Of a stretch of 64,000 nucleotides of DNA, positions 49,922 through 59,444 are shown in pieces. The position numbers and the translations under genes were made by a program. This stretch comes from Alphaproteobacteria bacterium (GTDB taxonomy: Bacteria > Pseudomonadota > Alphaproteobacteria > GCA-2731375). The stretch lies in contig CBDDBZ010000038.1 in NCBI GenBank assembly GCA_965225945.1, positions 256,001 through 320,000 of the forward strand, read 5' to 3'. The first letter of the stretch is position 1; the number at the start of each line of letters is the position of its first letter. The notes beneath the pieces were generated by a model, which saw only the letters and a list, made by a program, of their open reading frames with translations, was not told the DNA's origin and searched no databases.

Positions 49922-51058
49922 GTGTTCCGATCCTAACAAAAGTTTCCCAAAGGGCTTGCGTTCTGCGATTCTGGGGGAATGACGAAGACATTGGCATGCA
50001 TCTGGCTGTCTCCCGCGGAGCGGGTGACGCTGGAAGGGTTGGTTTCTGGGCGGAACACGCCGCAGAAGCTGGTTTGGCGGGCACGGATAGTGTTGCTGTC
50101 GGCTGACGGGATCGGCACGATGACGATCGTCCGGTTGGTCGGCAAAAGTAAGGTGACGGTGTGGCGCTGGCAGGAGCGCTACCTTGCCAAAGGCATCGCC
50201 GGACTGCGCCGCGATGCGACGCGACCGGGACGCAAGCCGCCGCTGAGCGCCGAGGTGATCGAGCGGGTTGTGCATAAGACCTTGCACGAGACGCCGGAGG
50301 CGGCGACGCATTGGAGCATCCGCAAGATGGCCCGTGCCGTCGGCCTCAGCTACACCAGCGTGCAGCGGATCTGGAAGGCGCACGGCCTCAAGCCGCACCT
50401 GGTGAAGACCTTCAAGCTGTCGAATGACGAGCACTTCGTCGAGAAGGTGCGCGATATCGTCGGTCTCTATCTCGATCCGCCGGACAAGGCGCTGGTTCTC
50501 TCGGTCGACGAGAAGAGCCAGATCCAGGCGCTCGACCGCACACAGCCCGGCTTGCCGATCAAGAAGGGCCGAGCCGGCACCATGACGCATGACTACAAGC
50601 GCCACGGCACGACGACATTGTTCGCCGCGCTCGACGTCGCCACCGGCAAGGTCATCGGCCACTGCATGAAGCGGCACCGCCATCAGGAATGGCTGAAATT
50701 CCTGCGCCGTATCGACGCCGAGACGCCCAAGAAGCTCGACCTGCATCTGATCGCCGACAACTACGCCACCCACAAGCATCCCAAGGTCAAGGCGTGGTTG
50801 GCAAAACATCCTCGCTTCCATATGCACTTCACTCCGACATCCGCCTCCTGGCTCAGCCAGGTCGAACGCTTCTTCAGCCTGATCACCAGCGATCAAATCC
50901 GTTGCGGCGTGTTCAAGAGCGTCGCCGAACTCGAAACAGCCATTCAGAAATACCTCGAGCACCACAATGCCGATCCAAAACCCTTCGTATGGACCGCTTC
51001 CGCCACCGCCATACTCGAAAAAGTCGCTCGTGGGCGACAGGCGTTAGAGTCGGTACAC
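49922..51058 (+). mobile_element. IS630-family element, copy 2, TA duplication in a CTAG target
   Basis: Near-identical to 6241-7377, with a few substitutions. Confidence 0.92.
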
Positions 51059-51061
51059 TAG
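49979..51061 (+). CDS. IS630 transposase
   Basis: As 6298-7380 with three visible amino-acid differences. Confidence 0.92.
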   Translation: MTKTLACIWLSPAERVTLEGLVSGRNTPQKLVWRARIVLLSADGIGTMTIVRLVGKSKVTVWRWQERYLAKGIAGLRRDATRPGRKPPLSAEVIERVVHKTLHETPEAATHWSIRKMARAVGLSYTSVQRIWKAHGLKPHLVKTFKLSNDEHFVEKVRDIVGLYLDPPDKALVLSVDEKSQIQALDRTQPGLPIKKGRAGTMTHDYKRHGTTTLFAALDVATGKVIGHCMKRHRHQEWLKFLRRIDAETPKKLDLHLIADNYATHKHPKVKAWLAKHPRFHMHFTPTSASWLSQVERFFSLITSDQIRCGVFKSVAELETAIQKYLEHHNADPKPFVWTASATAILEKVARGRQALESVH

Positions 51062-51312
51062 CGAATCACATATCGAAGCACAGCGTACGAGAACTCGCAT
51101 CGAATCGCCCCCCGAACACAATTGTAATAAAACCGGCATTCTCCGGATGACCGTCGGTTCCGGTCATCAGAGTAGCCATTTGAGCCCTTGTAGGCAAAAT
51201 TCCGAGGTTGAGGGGCGTGGGCAAGACGCTCCGCTTGCCTCCCGGATTGGCGCCGAGGTTGGTCCTGTGGCGCTCACACGCTTGGGGTCCGCCTGGGGTC
51301 ACACGCCTTGGG

Positions 51313-51520
51313 TCAGGTCTTGTATCTTGCATCGGCTCGTGCTTCCCAGGCCTTGATGATCCTGTTGAGGGAGGAACGGTGCAGGCCCGCCTCGTCGGCA
51401 ATCCGGATCGTGTCGCGGCGCATGGTGTCGCCATGGTCGCGATAGGCCCGCGCCAACCCTTCCGCGCGATCGCGCTCGCGCAGGGCGTCGAGCGTTTCGG
51501 GCGCGGCGCCCGTCAGCGGA
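51313..51520 (-). pseudogene. C-terminal HTH remnant of a REP-associated tyrosine transposase (RAYT)-like gene
   Basis: RAYRDHG...IADEAGLHRSSLNRII...ARYKT*, ending in CAAGACCTGACCC. Confidence 0.55.
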
Positions 51521-51523
51521 ACT

Positions 51524-51624
51524 TCCGAACGCGCCGGAAAAGGGGTCATTCGAACGCGCCGGAAAAGGGGTCATTCTGCTTTTTGGTCCGTTCGGTCGAT
51601 TAAAGTACAATGACCCCTTTTTTT
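51524..51624. repeat. Tandem ~25-bp duplication plus inverted AAAAGGGGTCATT / AATGACCCCTTTT (REP/REPIN-like)
   Basis: CGAACGCGCCGGAAAAGGGGTCATT occurs twice; the inverted copy is at 51609-51621. Confidence 0.7.
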
Positions 51625-51660
51625 CGACGCCGACAACGCGCCGGCGATCGAGCCATGCCC

Positions 51661-52662
51661 TCAGCCGAAGGCGGCGCCCAAGGGCCGGAGCGCCGTCTCC
51701 AGCTCGGCCATGATCTTGGCCACGACCTCGCCGGCGGGCGCCACCTCCGCGATCAGGCCGGAGCCCTGGCCCGCCGCCAGCACGCCATGTTCGACGTCGC
51801 CCTCGATCCGGCCCCGGTGGCTGGCTGGCCGGCCGATCTCGATCATCTGTCGGGGGTAGGGCAGGATCTCGTGCTCTCGGCCCTCCCAGGAACGGGTGAA
51901 GGCGTTCTTGATCATCCGGTTGGGCTTGCCGGAATTGGCCAGGCTCACGATCGTGCCGTCCTCGTCGATCTCGACGATCCGATTCTTGTAGTTGATGTGG
52001 CCGCGGGCTTCCTCGGTGGCGATGAAGCGGGTCCCCATCCAGACGCCGACGGCGCCGAGCGCCAGCGCCGCCAGCAGTCCCCGACCGTCGACCAGACCGC
52101 CCGCCGCCAGCACCGGGACCGGCACCGTGTCGACCACCTTGGGCACCAGCACCATGGTGCCGACGCGCCCGACATGGCCGCCCCCCTCGTGGCCGGAGGC
52201 GATGACGATATCGACGCCGGCTGCCGCGACCCGGGCGGCCTGGCGCGAGGTGCCGACCAGCGCCATTACCGTCATGCCACGGGCGTGCGCGTCGGGGATC
52301 ACCTCGGCCGGGTTGCCCAGGCCGGAGACCAGGACCTGCAGGTCTTCCGAGAGCGTGACCTCGATGTGCTCGCGCACCTGCTCGCTATAGGCGGCCGCTT
52401 GGCCGTCGCGAGGCTCGACGCGGGCGAAGAGGATGTCGACGCCGAGCGGATTGTCGGTCATCTCGCGCGCCATCCCGATCTCGCGCCGAAGCTCCTCGCC
52501 GCTCATGAAGGCGGAGCCGATGACGCCGAGCCCGCCGGCGGCCGAGACCGCGCCGGCGAGCCGGCCGTGCGCGACCTGGAACATGCCGGCCTGGGCGATC
52601 GGATACTTGATGCCGAGCTTGCGGCAAAACGGATTTTCGGACAGCAGCGAATCGAGATCCAT
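51661..52662 (-). CDS. Nitronate monooxygenase / FabK-like flavin oxidoreductase
   Basis: PIAQAGM, AVSAAGGLG, GHEGGGH and GVWMGTRF. Confidence 0.88.
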   Translation of the reverse strand: MDLDSLLSENPFCRKLGIKYPIAQAGMFQVAHGRLAGAVSAAGGLGVIGSAFMSGEELRREIGMAREMTDNPLGVDILFARVEPRDGQAAAYSEQVREHIEVTLSEDLQVLVSGLGNPAEVIPDAHARGMTVMALVGTSRQAARVAAAGVDIVIASGHEGGGHVGRVGTMVLVPKVVDTVPVPVLAAGGLVDGRGLLAALALGAVGVWMGTRFIATEEARGHINYKNRIVEIDEDGTIVSLANSGKPNRMIKNAFTRSWEGREHEILPYPRQMIEIGRPASHRGRIEGDVEHGVLAAGQGSGLIAEVAPAGEVVAKIMAELETALRPLGAAFG

Positions 52663-52701
52663 GGTCTCCCCTTTCTCGCGACGTCGTGCCGGCCCCTCGC
52701 C

Positions 52702-53919
52702 CTACCCCAGACGATGTCGTTGCGCGCGGGGAATGAGAAACAAGCTCGCAAGCTGCGCCAGCGCCTCGTCGTCGCCCGCGAGCAAACGCTGGCTCGCCCG
52801 CAACAAGGCCGCGCCGATCCAGGTCTCGCCCCAGAACCAATCGGCCAGATCGCGCGAGGTCGCGGCTCCGGGACGCGCGGTGACGGCCTCGGTGTACCAG
52901 GCCCTGAGATCCTCAACGGCGAGCTTCAGATGCTCCGCCAGGGGCGTCCGGGGATCGGGGTTCTCCGGCAAGCCCTCGACGAACGAGACGGCGAAGCGGG
53001 CCGCATCCTCGATTGTGCGGCCGCTCAAGCCGAATGTCGTGCGTCCACGCCTTTCGAGCGCGTGGGCGTACCAGGGTGCGAGTTTGCCGATCTCCGCGAT
53101 TACCGCCGCCGCGAGATCGGTGGTTTCCGCCACTCTCGCTGGCGACAGATCGATCGGACAGACCCAGCCCGGGCCGTCGTCCGCCGGACCCGCCGGTGCG
53201 TCGACGGAATAGTCGCGCAGCAGAACCGGACCCACCTCGGACTCCAGCAGAGAGAGCGCCGCGCGGACGACGGCACCCTGGAACGCCGCGTCGCCCGGAG
53301 CCCCGAAGGGGCGGCCCAACTCGAAGGGCACCCAGAGCGCGCGGGGTGGACGGATTGCCTCGACGTGCTCGCGCACGAGGCCGATCAGCACCGTCGCGAT
53401 GCCCTCGTCCTCCAGGAAGTGACCGAGACCGCTCACGGCGGTCGTGCAGTTGGGTCAGACCGGACATAGCAGGACGGCGTTGACCCGGTCCTCCTTCAGC
53501 AGCCCCGCCACCTCGCGCGCCGTCGCCTCGAGCTGATGGGGGCGGATCGCCGCGCCCATGAAGCTGTAATGCAGGTTCGCCAGCGAGCCGATCTCGCCCG
53601 CCACCGCCATCTCGCGCAGGCGGTCGATCGGAAACACGACGTTCACGTCCTGCTGAAAGCCGCTCCGGTCGAAGTTGACCGAGGTATGCCCCATCAACAG
53701 CTCGTCGCCGGTGGTATCGCCCGCGATCACCCGATAGCTCGCGTCCGACAGCGCGAAATGCCGCTCGCCGCGCGGCAGCAGCCCCGCCGTCGTCACCAGA
53801 GCCACGCGCCGCTCGGCCAGCGGTGGGCCGCTTACCCAGGGTGTCGTCTCGAAGGCAACGCAGGGAATAGCCCGGTAAGCAGCGGCCAAGTCCTCTTCGA
53901 GGTCCGCCAACCTAACCAT
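52702..53919 (-). CDS. Predicted selenoprotein, GrdB/PrdB-like with a C-terminal extension (405 aa; Sec at TGA 53455-53457)
   Basis: ORFs 53455-53919 and 52702-53436 are in one frame, joined as CPV-TGA-PNCTTAVS. VALVTTAG and DVNVVFPIDRL are PrdB/GrdB-type motifs. A hairpin follows the UGA. Confidence 0.8.
53427..53443 (-). promoter_or_regulatory. Candidate bacterial SECIS hairpin
   Basis: GACCGC-CGUGA-GCGGUC begins 11 nt after the UGA. Confidence 0.6.
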
Positions 53920-53941
53920 GGCTAGTCACTCCCCTCTCCCC

Positions 53942-54976
53942 CTAGCCGCTCGCCTCGAGCCGGTAGACCCGGCTCGCCGTGTCGTGGAAGAGGGCGGCCT
54001 TCTCGTCGGCGGAACAGCCGGCGGCGATCCGCTTGAAGCTGTTCCACAGCACGCCATAAGAGCAGCTCAGCTTGTCGACGGGGAAGTTGCTCTCGAACAG
54101 GCAGCGTTCGGGACCGAAGCGCTCGATCACATGTTCGTACCAGCGCCGCGTCGCCGCCGCCAGCGCCTCCGAGCTCGGCGGCTTCTCTCGGCTGTGCCAG
54201 CCGAAGCCGTTGATCCGCATATTGATGCCGCCGAGCTTGGCGACCACGTTGGGGCATTCCGCGATGGCGTCGATCCGGGGCTTCCAGGCCTCGAAGATCT
54301 CTTCCCGCTTGCCGGCGAAGGGGCCGACGCCGAGCGGGCCACCGAAGTGGTTTAGGATCATCGTGGTCTCGGGGAAGGCCTTGGCCAAGGGCGGCACGTC
54401 GGCCAACTGGGGATGGTAGAGCCAGGTCTCGAAGGAGAGGCCGAGCGGCGCCAGATGGCGGAAGCCCTCGCGGAAAATGCTGTCGTGGAACAGTTCGGGC
54501 GGCGGATTGGAGAGCGAATTGTGGACCGTATCGGTCTCGACCCATGCGGCGCCGTGACGAATGCCCCTGAAGCGGCCGCAGCCCGCCTCGATCAGCGCCT
54601 CCAGCACCGCCTTGGCGCCGTCGCCCCGTCGCAGATCGGCGTGACCGACGATGCCGGCGGCGACCCGGGTGGGCCCGTAGAGCCCGGAAGCGCTCATCGC
54701 CGCGATGCCGCCCGCGAACTCGACCTCGCCGACGGTCCGCATTTCGGGCGCGACGTCGGCGCCGTACATCGCGGCGCATTCGATGTAGACGGTGGAGACG
54801 ATATTGTGGCCGCTGGCGAGGTCGGCCAGCAGATCGTCCAGTAGATAGCGCTCCTGGACCTGGACGCCGGGATACTTGACGTCCCAGAGATGATGGTGGG
54901 AATCGCAGATCGGCAGCTCGGGCTCCAAGGCCGCTTCCACGACCTGATCGAGCCAGGCTTGATTGGCGGATGTCAC
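53942..54976 (-). CDS. Amidohydrolase_2 family protein
   Basis: RBS GAGGAGG + GTG; DSHHHLW, LNHFGGP and FESNFPVD. Confidence 0.88.
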   Translation of the reverse strand: MTSANQAWLDQVVEAALEPELPICDSHHHLWDVKYPGVQVQERYLLDDLLADLASGHNIVSTVYIECAAMYGADVAPEMRTVGEVEFAGGIAAMSASGLYGPTRVAAGIVGHADLRRGDGAKAVLEALIEAGCGRFRGIRHGAAWVETDTVHNSLSNPPPELFHDSIFREGFRHLAPLGLSFETWLYHPQLADVPPLAKAFPETTMILNHFGGPLGVGPFAGKREEIFEAWKPRIDAIAECPNVVAKLGGINMRINGFGWHSREKPPSSEALAAATRRWYEHVIERFGPERCLFESNFPVDKLSCSYGVLWNSFKRIAAGCSADEKAALFHDTASRVYRLEASG

Positions 54977-55105
54977 GATCGATTCCTCCTCGCCGGCGAG
55001 TCCATGGCGGGCCGGAGCATAGGCGAGGGCGGTGATGTTGGCCAAGCCGGTGGGGAGCGGGGTGGCGGCGGCGGGCGCGACATCGCTCTCGCCGGCCGCG
55101 CGGGG

Positions 55106-56248
55106 CTATCGCCCTCGTGACGGCAGGCGCACCAGCGCGGTCGCCTTGGCGGAGAGTTCGCCGTCCTGGTTGCGGGCTTCCTGGCGGATCGCCACCGCTG
55201 GGTGGCCCTCGTCCTCCAGCTTGCCGGTAACCTCGCCGGTGATGAAGAGCGTGTCGCCTTCGGGGTTGTGGCGGCGGATCTCCGAGCGGTGGTGGCGGAG
55301 GAAGCCGTCGTCGCCCATCCAGTCGGTCAGCTGGTGGGTCAGCCAGGAGCAGCGCTCGGGCCCGTAGTCGTAGGCCGCCGGCGCGCCGACCTCGCGGGCG
55401 AACTCGCTCTCCCAATGGACCCGCTCCGGGCAGTCAGGAATGCCGTACTTGTTGGCGATGCCGAGCCCGGGGTGCAGCGTCACCTGGCGCCAGGCGAGCT
55501 TGTGGGCACGGATGTAGAGGCCGCCCCAGCCTTGCGCGTAGGCGATGAAGCCGGTCACCGTCATCGGCCCCTTGACCATCACCGGCAACCTCTCGCCCAC
55601 CTCCACCTCCTCGATGAAGCGCGGCTCGGGCCCCCGGACCTCGGCCTCGGCGTAGTGGCGGAAGATCTCCGCCAGCTCCGCCTCGGTGTAGCGGTGCGGC
55701 GGCTTCGCCTTCACGTCGGCGTATTTGGTGCCTTCCTCGCGGGCCTGGTCGCGATTCGTGCGGAAGCACCAACTGTCGCCCTGGGCCAGCAGGTCGCCCT
55801 CGCGATCACGGAAATCGACGTGATAGATCTGCCGCACGGCGCGCCCGGCGAAGCGGGTCTGGTGCTCGATCAGGTCCTTGAGCCAGGCCTCGGTCCGGAC
55901 CTCCGTGTTGCGCGCGATCGCCCGATGCCAGGTGAATTCGGCGCCGGCCCACATCGCGTGCACCCCCGGCAGGCCGCCGACATAGCCGCTGATGATGCGG
56001 GAGAGCGCGAAGAGGAAGCTCGGCGGGGCGACGACGTCGCCATGTTTGGTGCCCCGCGCGTAGGCCGGATCGCACCACAGCGGATTGTCGTCGCCGATGC
56101 CGTGGGCGTAGTGGCGGATCGCATCGCGCGTCGCCTCATGGCACCAGGGCTCCAGCGTATCCTCGATTTTCCGCCCGATCCGCTGACGCAGTGCCTCCAG
56201 CGCCGCCTCGGTGATCCTCGGGTAGCGGCGTTCAAACGTCTCGGCCAT
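55106..56248 (-). CDS. Double hot-dog (MaoC/FAS1-like) acyl-CoA dehydratase
   Basis: IRHYAHGIGDDNPLW, VAPPSF, HWE..A and YDYGPER. Confidence 0.82.
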   Translation of the reverse strand: MAETFERRYPRITEAALEALRQRIGRKIEDTLEPWCHEATRDAIRHYAHGIGDDNPLWCDPAYARGTKHGDVVAPPSFLFALSRIISGYVGGLPGVHAMWAGAEFTWHRAIARNTEVRTEAWLKDLIEHQTRFAGRAVRQIYHVDFRDREGDLLAQGDSWCFRTNRDQAREEGTKYADVKAKPPHRYTEAELAEIFRHYAEAEVRGPEPRFIEEVEVGERLPVMVKGPMTVTGFIAYAQGWGGLYIRAHKLAWRQVTLHPGLGIANKYGIPDCPERVHWESEFAREVGAPAAYDYGPERCSWLTHQLTDWMGDDGFLRHHRSEIRRHNPEGDTLFITGEVTGKLEDEGHPAVAIRQEARNQDGELSAKATALVRLPSRGR

Positions 56249-57845
56249 GACCGTCCTCCACGCTGAAGATCTCCGCCGGATGTCCGCCTTCGGCCTCGCG
56301 TCCGCGTAAGGTCGAGCGATTGACCTTTCCCGCCTCGGTCTTCGGCAAGCGGGCCGAGAAGGCGACCAAGCGCGGATATTCGTGCCGGCCGAGCCGCGCG
56401 CGGGCGAGTTCCCGCAATTCCAGCGCGAAGCCCATGTCGGGCGCCCTGTCGCTGACGATGAAGGCCTTGACGATCTGGCCCCGGGCGGCGTCGGCGACGC
56501 CGATCGCCGCCGCCTCGGCCACATCGGCGTGCTTCAGCAGCGCATCCTCGATCTCCACCGCGCTCATCGTCCAGCCGGCGGAGATGATCACGTCGTCGGC
56601 CCGGCCGTCGTGATAGAAGTAGCCGTCGACGTCGGTATGGGCTCGGTCCTTGGTCGCGATCCATTTGCTCCGACGGCGTACCATGATCTCGCCGACCACC
56701 CCGGGCGGGCATTCCCGGCCCTCGGAATCGTGGATCCGGACGTCGAGCCCCGGCATCGGCTTGCCGAGGGAACCGGGCCGGACCTCGATGTCGTCCGCGC
56801 CCGGATAATTGCCGAGGATCACGCCCACCTCGGTGGTGCCGTACATGGAACACACGGCCACGCCGAAGGCGGCCAGCGCGAAGGCGGCCGTGGCGCCGTC
56901 GATCGGCTCCCCGGTGAAGGAGAGCTTGCGAAGCGCATGGCGAAACGCGCCGGCCCGGCCCGAGGTGCGCATCATCCGATAGTGGGTCGCGGCGGCGGAG
57001 AGGTTCTCGACGCCATGCGCCGCCAGCACTTCCAGATAGCGCGCCGGATCGAACGGTCCGGCCCAGGCGCTCAAGGAGGCGCCGAGGCCGAGCGGGCCGA
57101 GCGTGCCGTGCCACAGCCCGTGGCCCCAGGCGGGCGAAGAGGGGCAGGCGAAGACCTCGCCTGGCCTGACGCCGGTGGCGTAGAGCGCCGCGACCGCCAC
57201 CGTCACCACCGCCTGATGGGTGTGGCGTACCGCCTCCGGCAACTGCCGTGTGGTGCCGGAGGTGTACTGCAACATCGCCAAGTCGCTTGGCCCCGTCGCC
57301 CAGGCGAACTCGGACGGTCGTGCCGCCACCTCGCCCATGAAGGCATCGCCGCACGCGACCACCTCGAAGTCGGCTCGGCCCCTGGCCCGGTCGGCCAGCA
57401 CCGGCTCGATCAGCAGCAGCCGGGGCGCGCAATCGTCGAGCCGGGCGGCCAGCGCGTCGGTGCCAAAGAGGGTGAAGAGCGGTACCGCCACCGCGCCCGC
57501 CTTCATCGTGCCCAGCAGGCTCATGTAGAAGGCGCGGCCCGGCTCCAGCATGATCGCCACCCGCTCGCCCGGCGGGACGCCGCGGGCTGCGAGCCAATTG
57601 GCGAAGCGCCCGGCATCGTCGGCGAGATCGTCCAGGGCGATGGTCTCGTCCGCCCGGTCCAGGCCGGCGATGCGGATCGAGAGGCTCTTGCCGCGATGGC
57701 GGTCGAGGCATTCGTGCGCGATGTTGAGGCGTTCCCGATTGCCGTCGAACAGGGCCCAGAGCGCGTCGCGCGAGAAGTGCAGCTGAGCCCCGGCATGGCT
57801 CGAAAGGTCGGTCAGAGGGATCATGTCGAAACTCGATTGGGCCAC
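56232..57845 (-). CDS. Acyl-CoA synthetase (AMP-forming)
   Basis: YTSGTT, YGTTE, GRADDVI and LPKTEAGK. Confidence 0.9.
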   Translation of the reverse strand: MAQSSFDMIPLTDLSSHAGAQLHFSRDALWALFDGNRERLNIAHECLDRHRGKSLSIRIAGLDRADETIALDDLADDAGRFANWLAARGVPPGERVAIMLEPGRAFYMSLLGTMKAGAVAVPLFTLFGTDALAARLDDCAPRLLLIEPVLADRARGRADFEVVACGDAFMGEVAARPSEFAWATGPSDLAMLQYTSGTTRQLPEAVRHTHQAVVTVAVAALYATGVRPGEVFACPSSPAWGHGLWHGTLGPLGLGASLSAWAGPFDPARYLEVLAAHGVENLSAAATHYRMMRTSGRAGAFRHALRKLSFTGEPIDGATAAFALAAFGVAVCSMYGTTEVGVILGNYPGADDIEVRPGSLGKPMPGLDVRIHDSEGRECPPGVVGEIMVRRRSKWIATKDRAHTDVDGYFYHDGRADDVIISAGWTMSAVEIEDALLKHADVAEAAAIGVADAARGQIVKAFIVSDRAPDMGFALELRELARARLGRHEYPRLVAFSARLPKTEAGKVNRSTLRGREAEGGHPAEIFSVEDGHGRDV

Positions 57846-57982
57846 GTCGGAGGCGGTGAAAGCGGAATTTAGCGGATTTTTCCCGGCCGTCGAGTGCGCG
57901 GTCCGAGGCCAAGCGGGCCGGCGTCCGCTTTCTTCGTTTCCACGGCTCTGGCATCATGGCGGGCGGAGCATGGAGAGGACGC

Positions 57983-58636
57983 ATGGCACAACGGCAACGG
58001 TCCCGGCTCGGCCGGCCTCGCTTGGGGCCAGTGCTGGCGGCGCTGGTCGTGGCGCTGATGGCGGCCTACATGTTCCACCTCTCCGGCGGCATGGCGGGCG
58101 AGTTCCGAAGCCATGCCGGCGAATTTCTGGTGGCCGACGAATCGATGCCCGACGGCCGCTTTCGCCAGAGCGTCATCTTGATGATCCGCCATGACGAGGA
58201 GGGCGCCTTGGGCGTGATCGTCAACAAGCCGCTCGCCGTGGACGCCAAGATCCCGCTCTGGGCGCTGATCGGCGAGCTGGACGACAAGGGCCCGGAATAC
58301 CAGAAGGAAGTCGCGCTCAATTTCGGCGGGCCGGTCGACCGGCGACGGCTCTTCGTGGTGCACGACGACAGTTACGCGAACGAGGGCACGATCCGGCTCT
58401 CGGCCGGGTTGGCGGCGACGCTCACCGCGGCACCCGTGCACGACATCGCGAAGGGCGAGGGACCGAGTCAGCTGTTGCTGACGCTCGGCTACGCCGGTTG
58501 GGGACCGGGTCAGCTCGAGTTCGAGATTGCGCGGGGAAGTTGGCACTGGGTGGCGGCCGACGCCGAAATGGTGTTCGGCGGCGCGGATACGCAGAAGTGG
58601 ACGCGCGCCTACGCCCGGCGCGGGATCGATCTTTAA
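57983..58636 (+). CDS. YqgE/AlgH family protein with an N-terminal hydrophobic segment
   Basis: GALGVIVNKP, FGGPV and GYAGWGPGQLE. Confidence 0.85.
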   Translation: MAQRQRSRLGRPRLGPVLAALVVALMAAYMFHLSGGMAGEFRSHAGEFLVADESMPDGRFRQSVILMIRHDEEGALGVIVNKPLAVDAKIPLWALIGELDDKGPEYQKEVALNFGGPVDRRRLFVVHDDSYANEGTIRLSAGLAATLTAAPVHDIAKGEGPSQLLLTLGYAGWGPGQLEFEIARGSWHWVAADAEMVFGGADTQKWTRAYARRGIDL

Positions 58637-58675
58637 TGGATAGAATCCACTAGGGTTGGCGCCGAAGGGAGGGTG

Positions 58676-59050
58676 ATGCGACAGCTACGAATGCTGATCG
58701 GGGACGTGGTGCTCCGGGCAGACCTGCTGGAGACGCCGACGGCGGAGGCGATCTGGGCGGCGCTGCCGTTCGAATCGCGCGCCAGCACCTGGGGCGACGA
58801 GGTCTATTTCCAGACCCCCCTCGCGCTCGACGCTGAGGCCGATGCCCGCACCGTGGTGGAGCTGGGGGAGATCGCCTTCTGGCTCGCCGGCAACTGCATC
58901 GCCATCTGTTTCGGCCCGACTCCGGTGAGCCACGGCGAGGAGTCGCGGCTGGCGAGCCCCGGCAACGTCTGGGCCCACGCGGTGGACGATGTCGGCCTGC
59001 TGGCCCGGGTGGCCGACGGCGACGGCGTGCGCGTCGAGGCAACGGAATAG
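58676..59050 (+). CDS. Cyclophilin-like fold protein
   Basis: TPTAEAIWAALP, WGDEVYF and FGPTP. Confidence 0.75.
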   Translation: MRQLRMLIGDVVLRADLLETPTAEAIWAALPFESRASTWGDEVYFQTPLALDAEADARTVVELGEIAFWLAGNCIAICFGPTPVSHGEESRLASPGNVWAHAVDDVGLLARVADGDGVRVEATE

Positions 59051-59063
59051 GGGGCCGGGAGCG

Positions 59064-59354
59064 ATGACGGAGGAACCAGGCCGCGCGATCGACCCGGAAC
59101 GCGTGGCGGTGGCGTGGCGGAGCCGCGGCTATTCCTGCCACCGCATGGTCGATCCGCCGGGCCAGTGCTGGCGCGATTTCGTCCACGCCGAGAACGAGTT
59201 GCTCGTCGTCGTCGAAGGTCGCCTCGAGCTCGAGGTCGAAGGCCAAATCCGGGAGGTCGGCCCGGGCGAGGAAGTCTTCATCCCCGCCCGCGCCCGCCAC
59301 ACCGTGCGAAACACCCACCAGGCCCCGACCCACTGGCTCTTCGGCTACGATTGA
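59064..59354 (+). CDS. Small cupin
   Basis: DFVH..ELL.V.EG and FIPARARHTVRN. Confidence 0.8.
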   Translation: MTEEPGRAIDPERVAVAWRSRGYSCHRMVDPPGQCWRDFVHAENELLVVVEGRLELEVEGQIREVGPGEEVFIPARARHTVRNTHQAPTHWLFGYD

Positions 59355-59444
59355 TACCAAGCGACATAGAGCACGATCGCCCTACGCAAGGCGGGCCGCG
59401 GCTGCTATGTTGAGGCCTCGTCAAAAGAGCGCGGAGAAGACCCC

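Larger units (their letters stand above)
46192..51100 (-). pseudogene. Secreted TPR-containing protein split into four pieces by three IS elements
   Basis: Removing IS630 (49922-51058), IS630 (48663-49836) and IS3 (46860-48279) rejoins MRVLVRCASICDS|LVGAAVVSIFLLGTASAM...ARA|YQCFAEGG...TPR...RPYTLT|YQGLYC...VYFLFQ*. Confidence 0.75.

Noticed and set aside
3393-51058. Composite transposons formed by the IS4 pair or the IS630 pair
   Set aside because: IS4 copy 2 has its own TSD, and IS630 copy 2 sits in a gene that rejoins in frame, so these are independent insertions.
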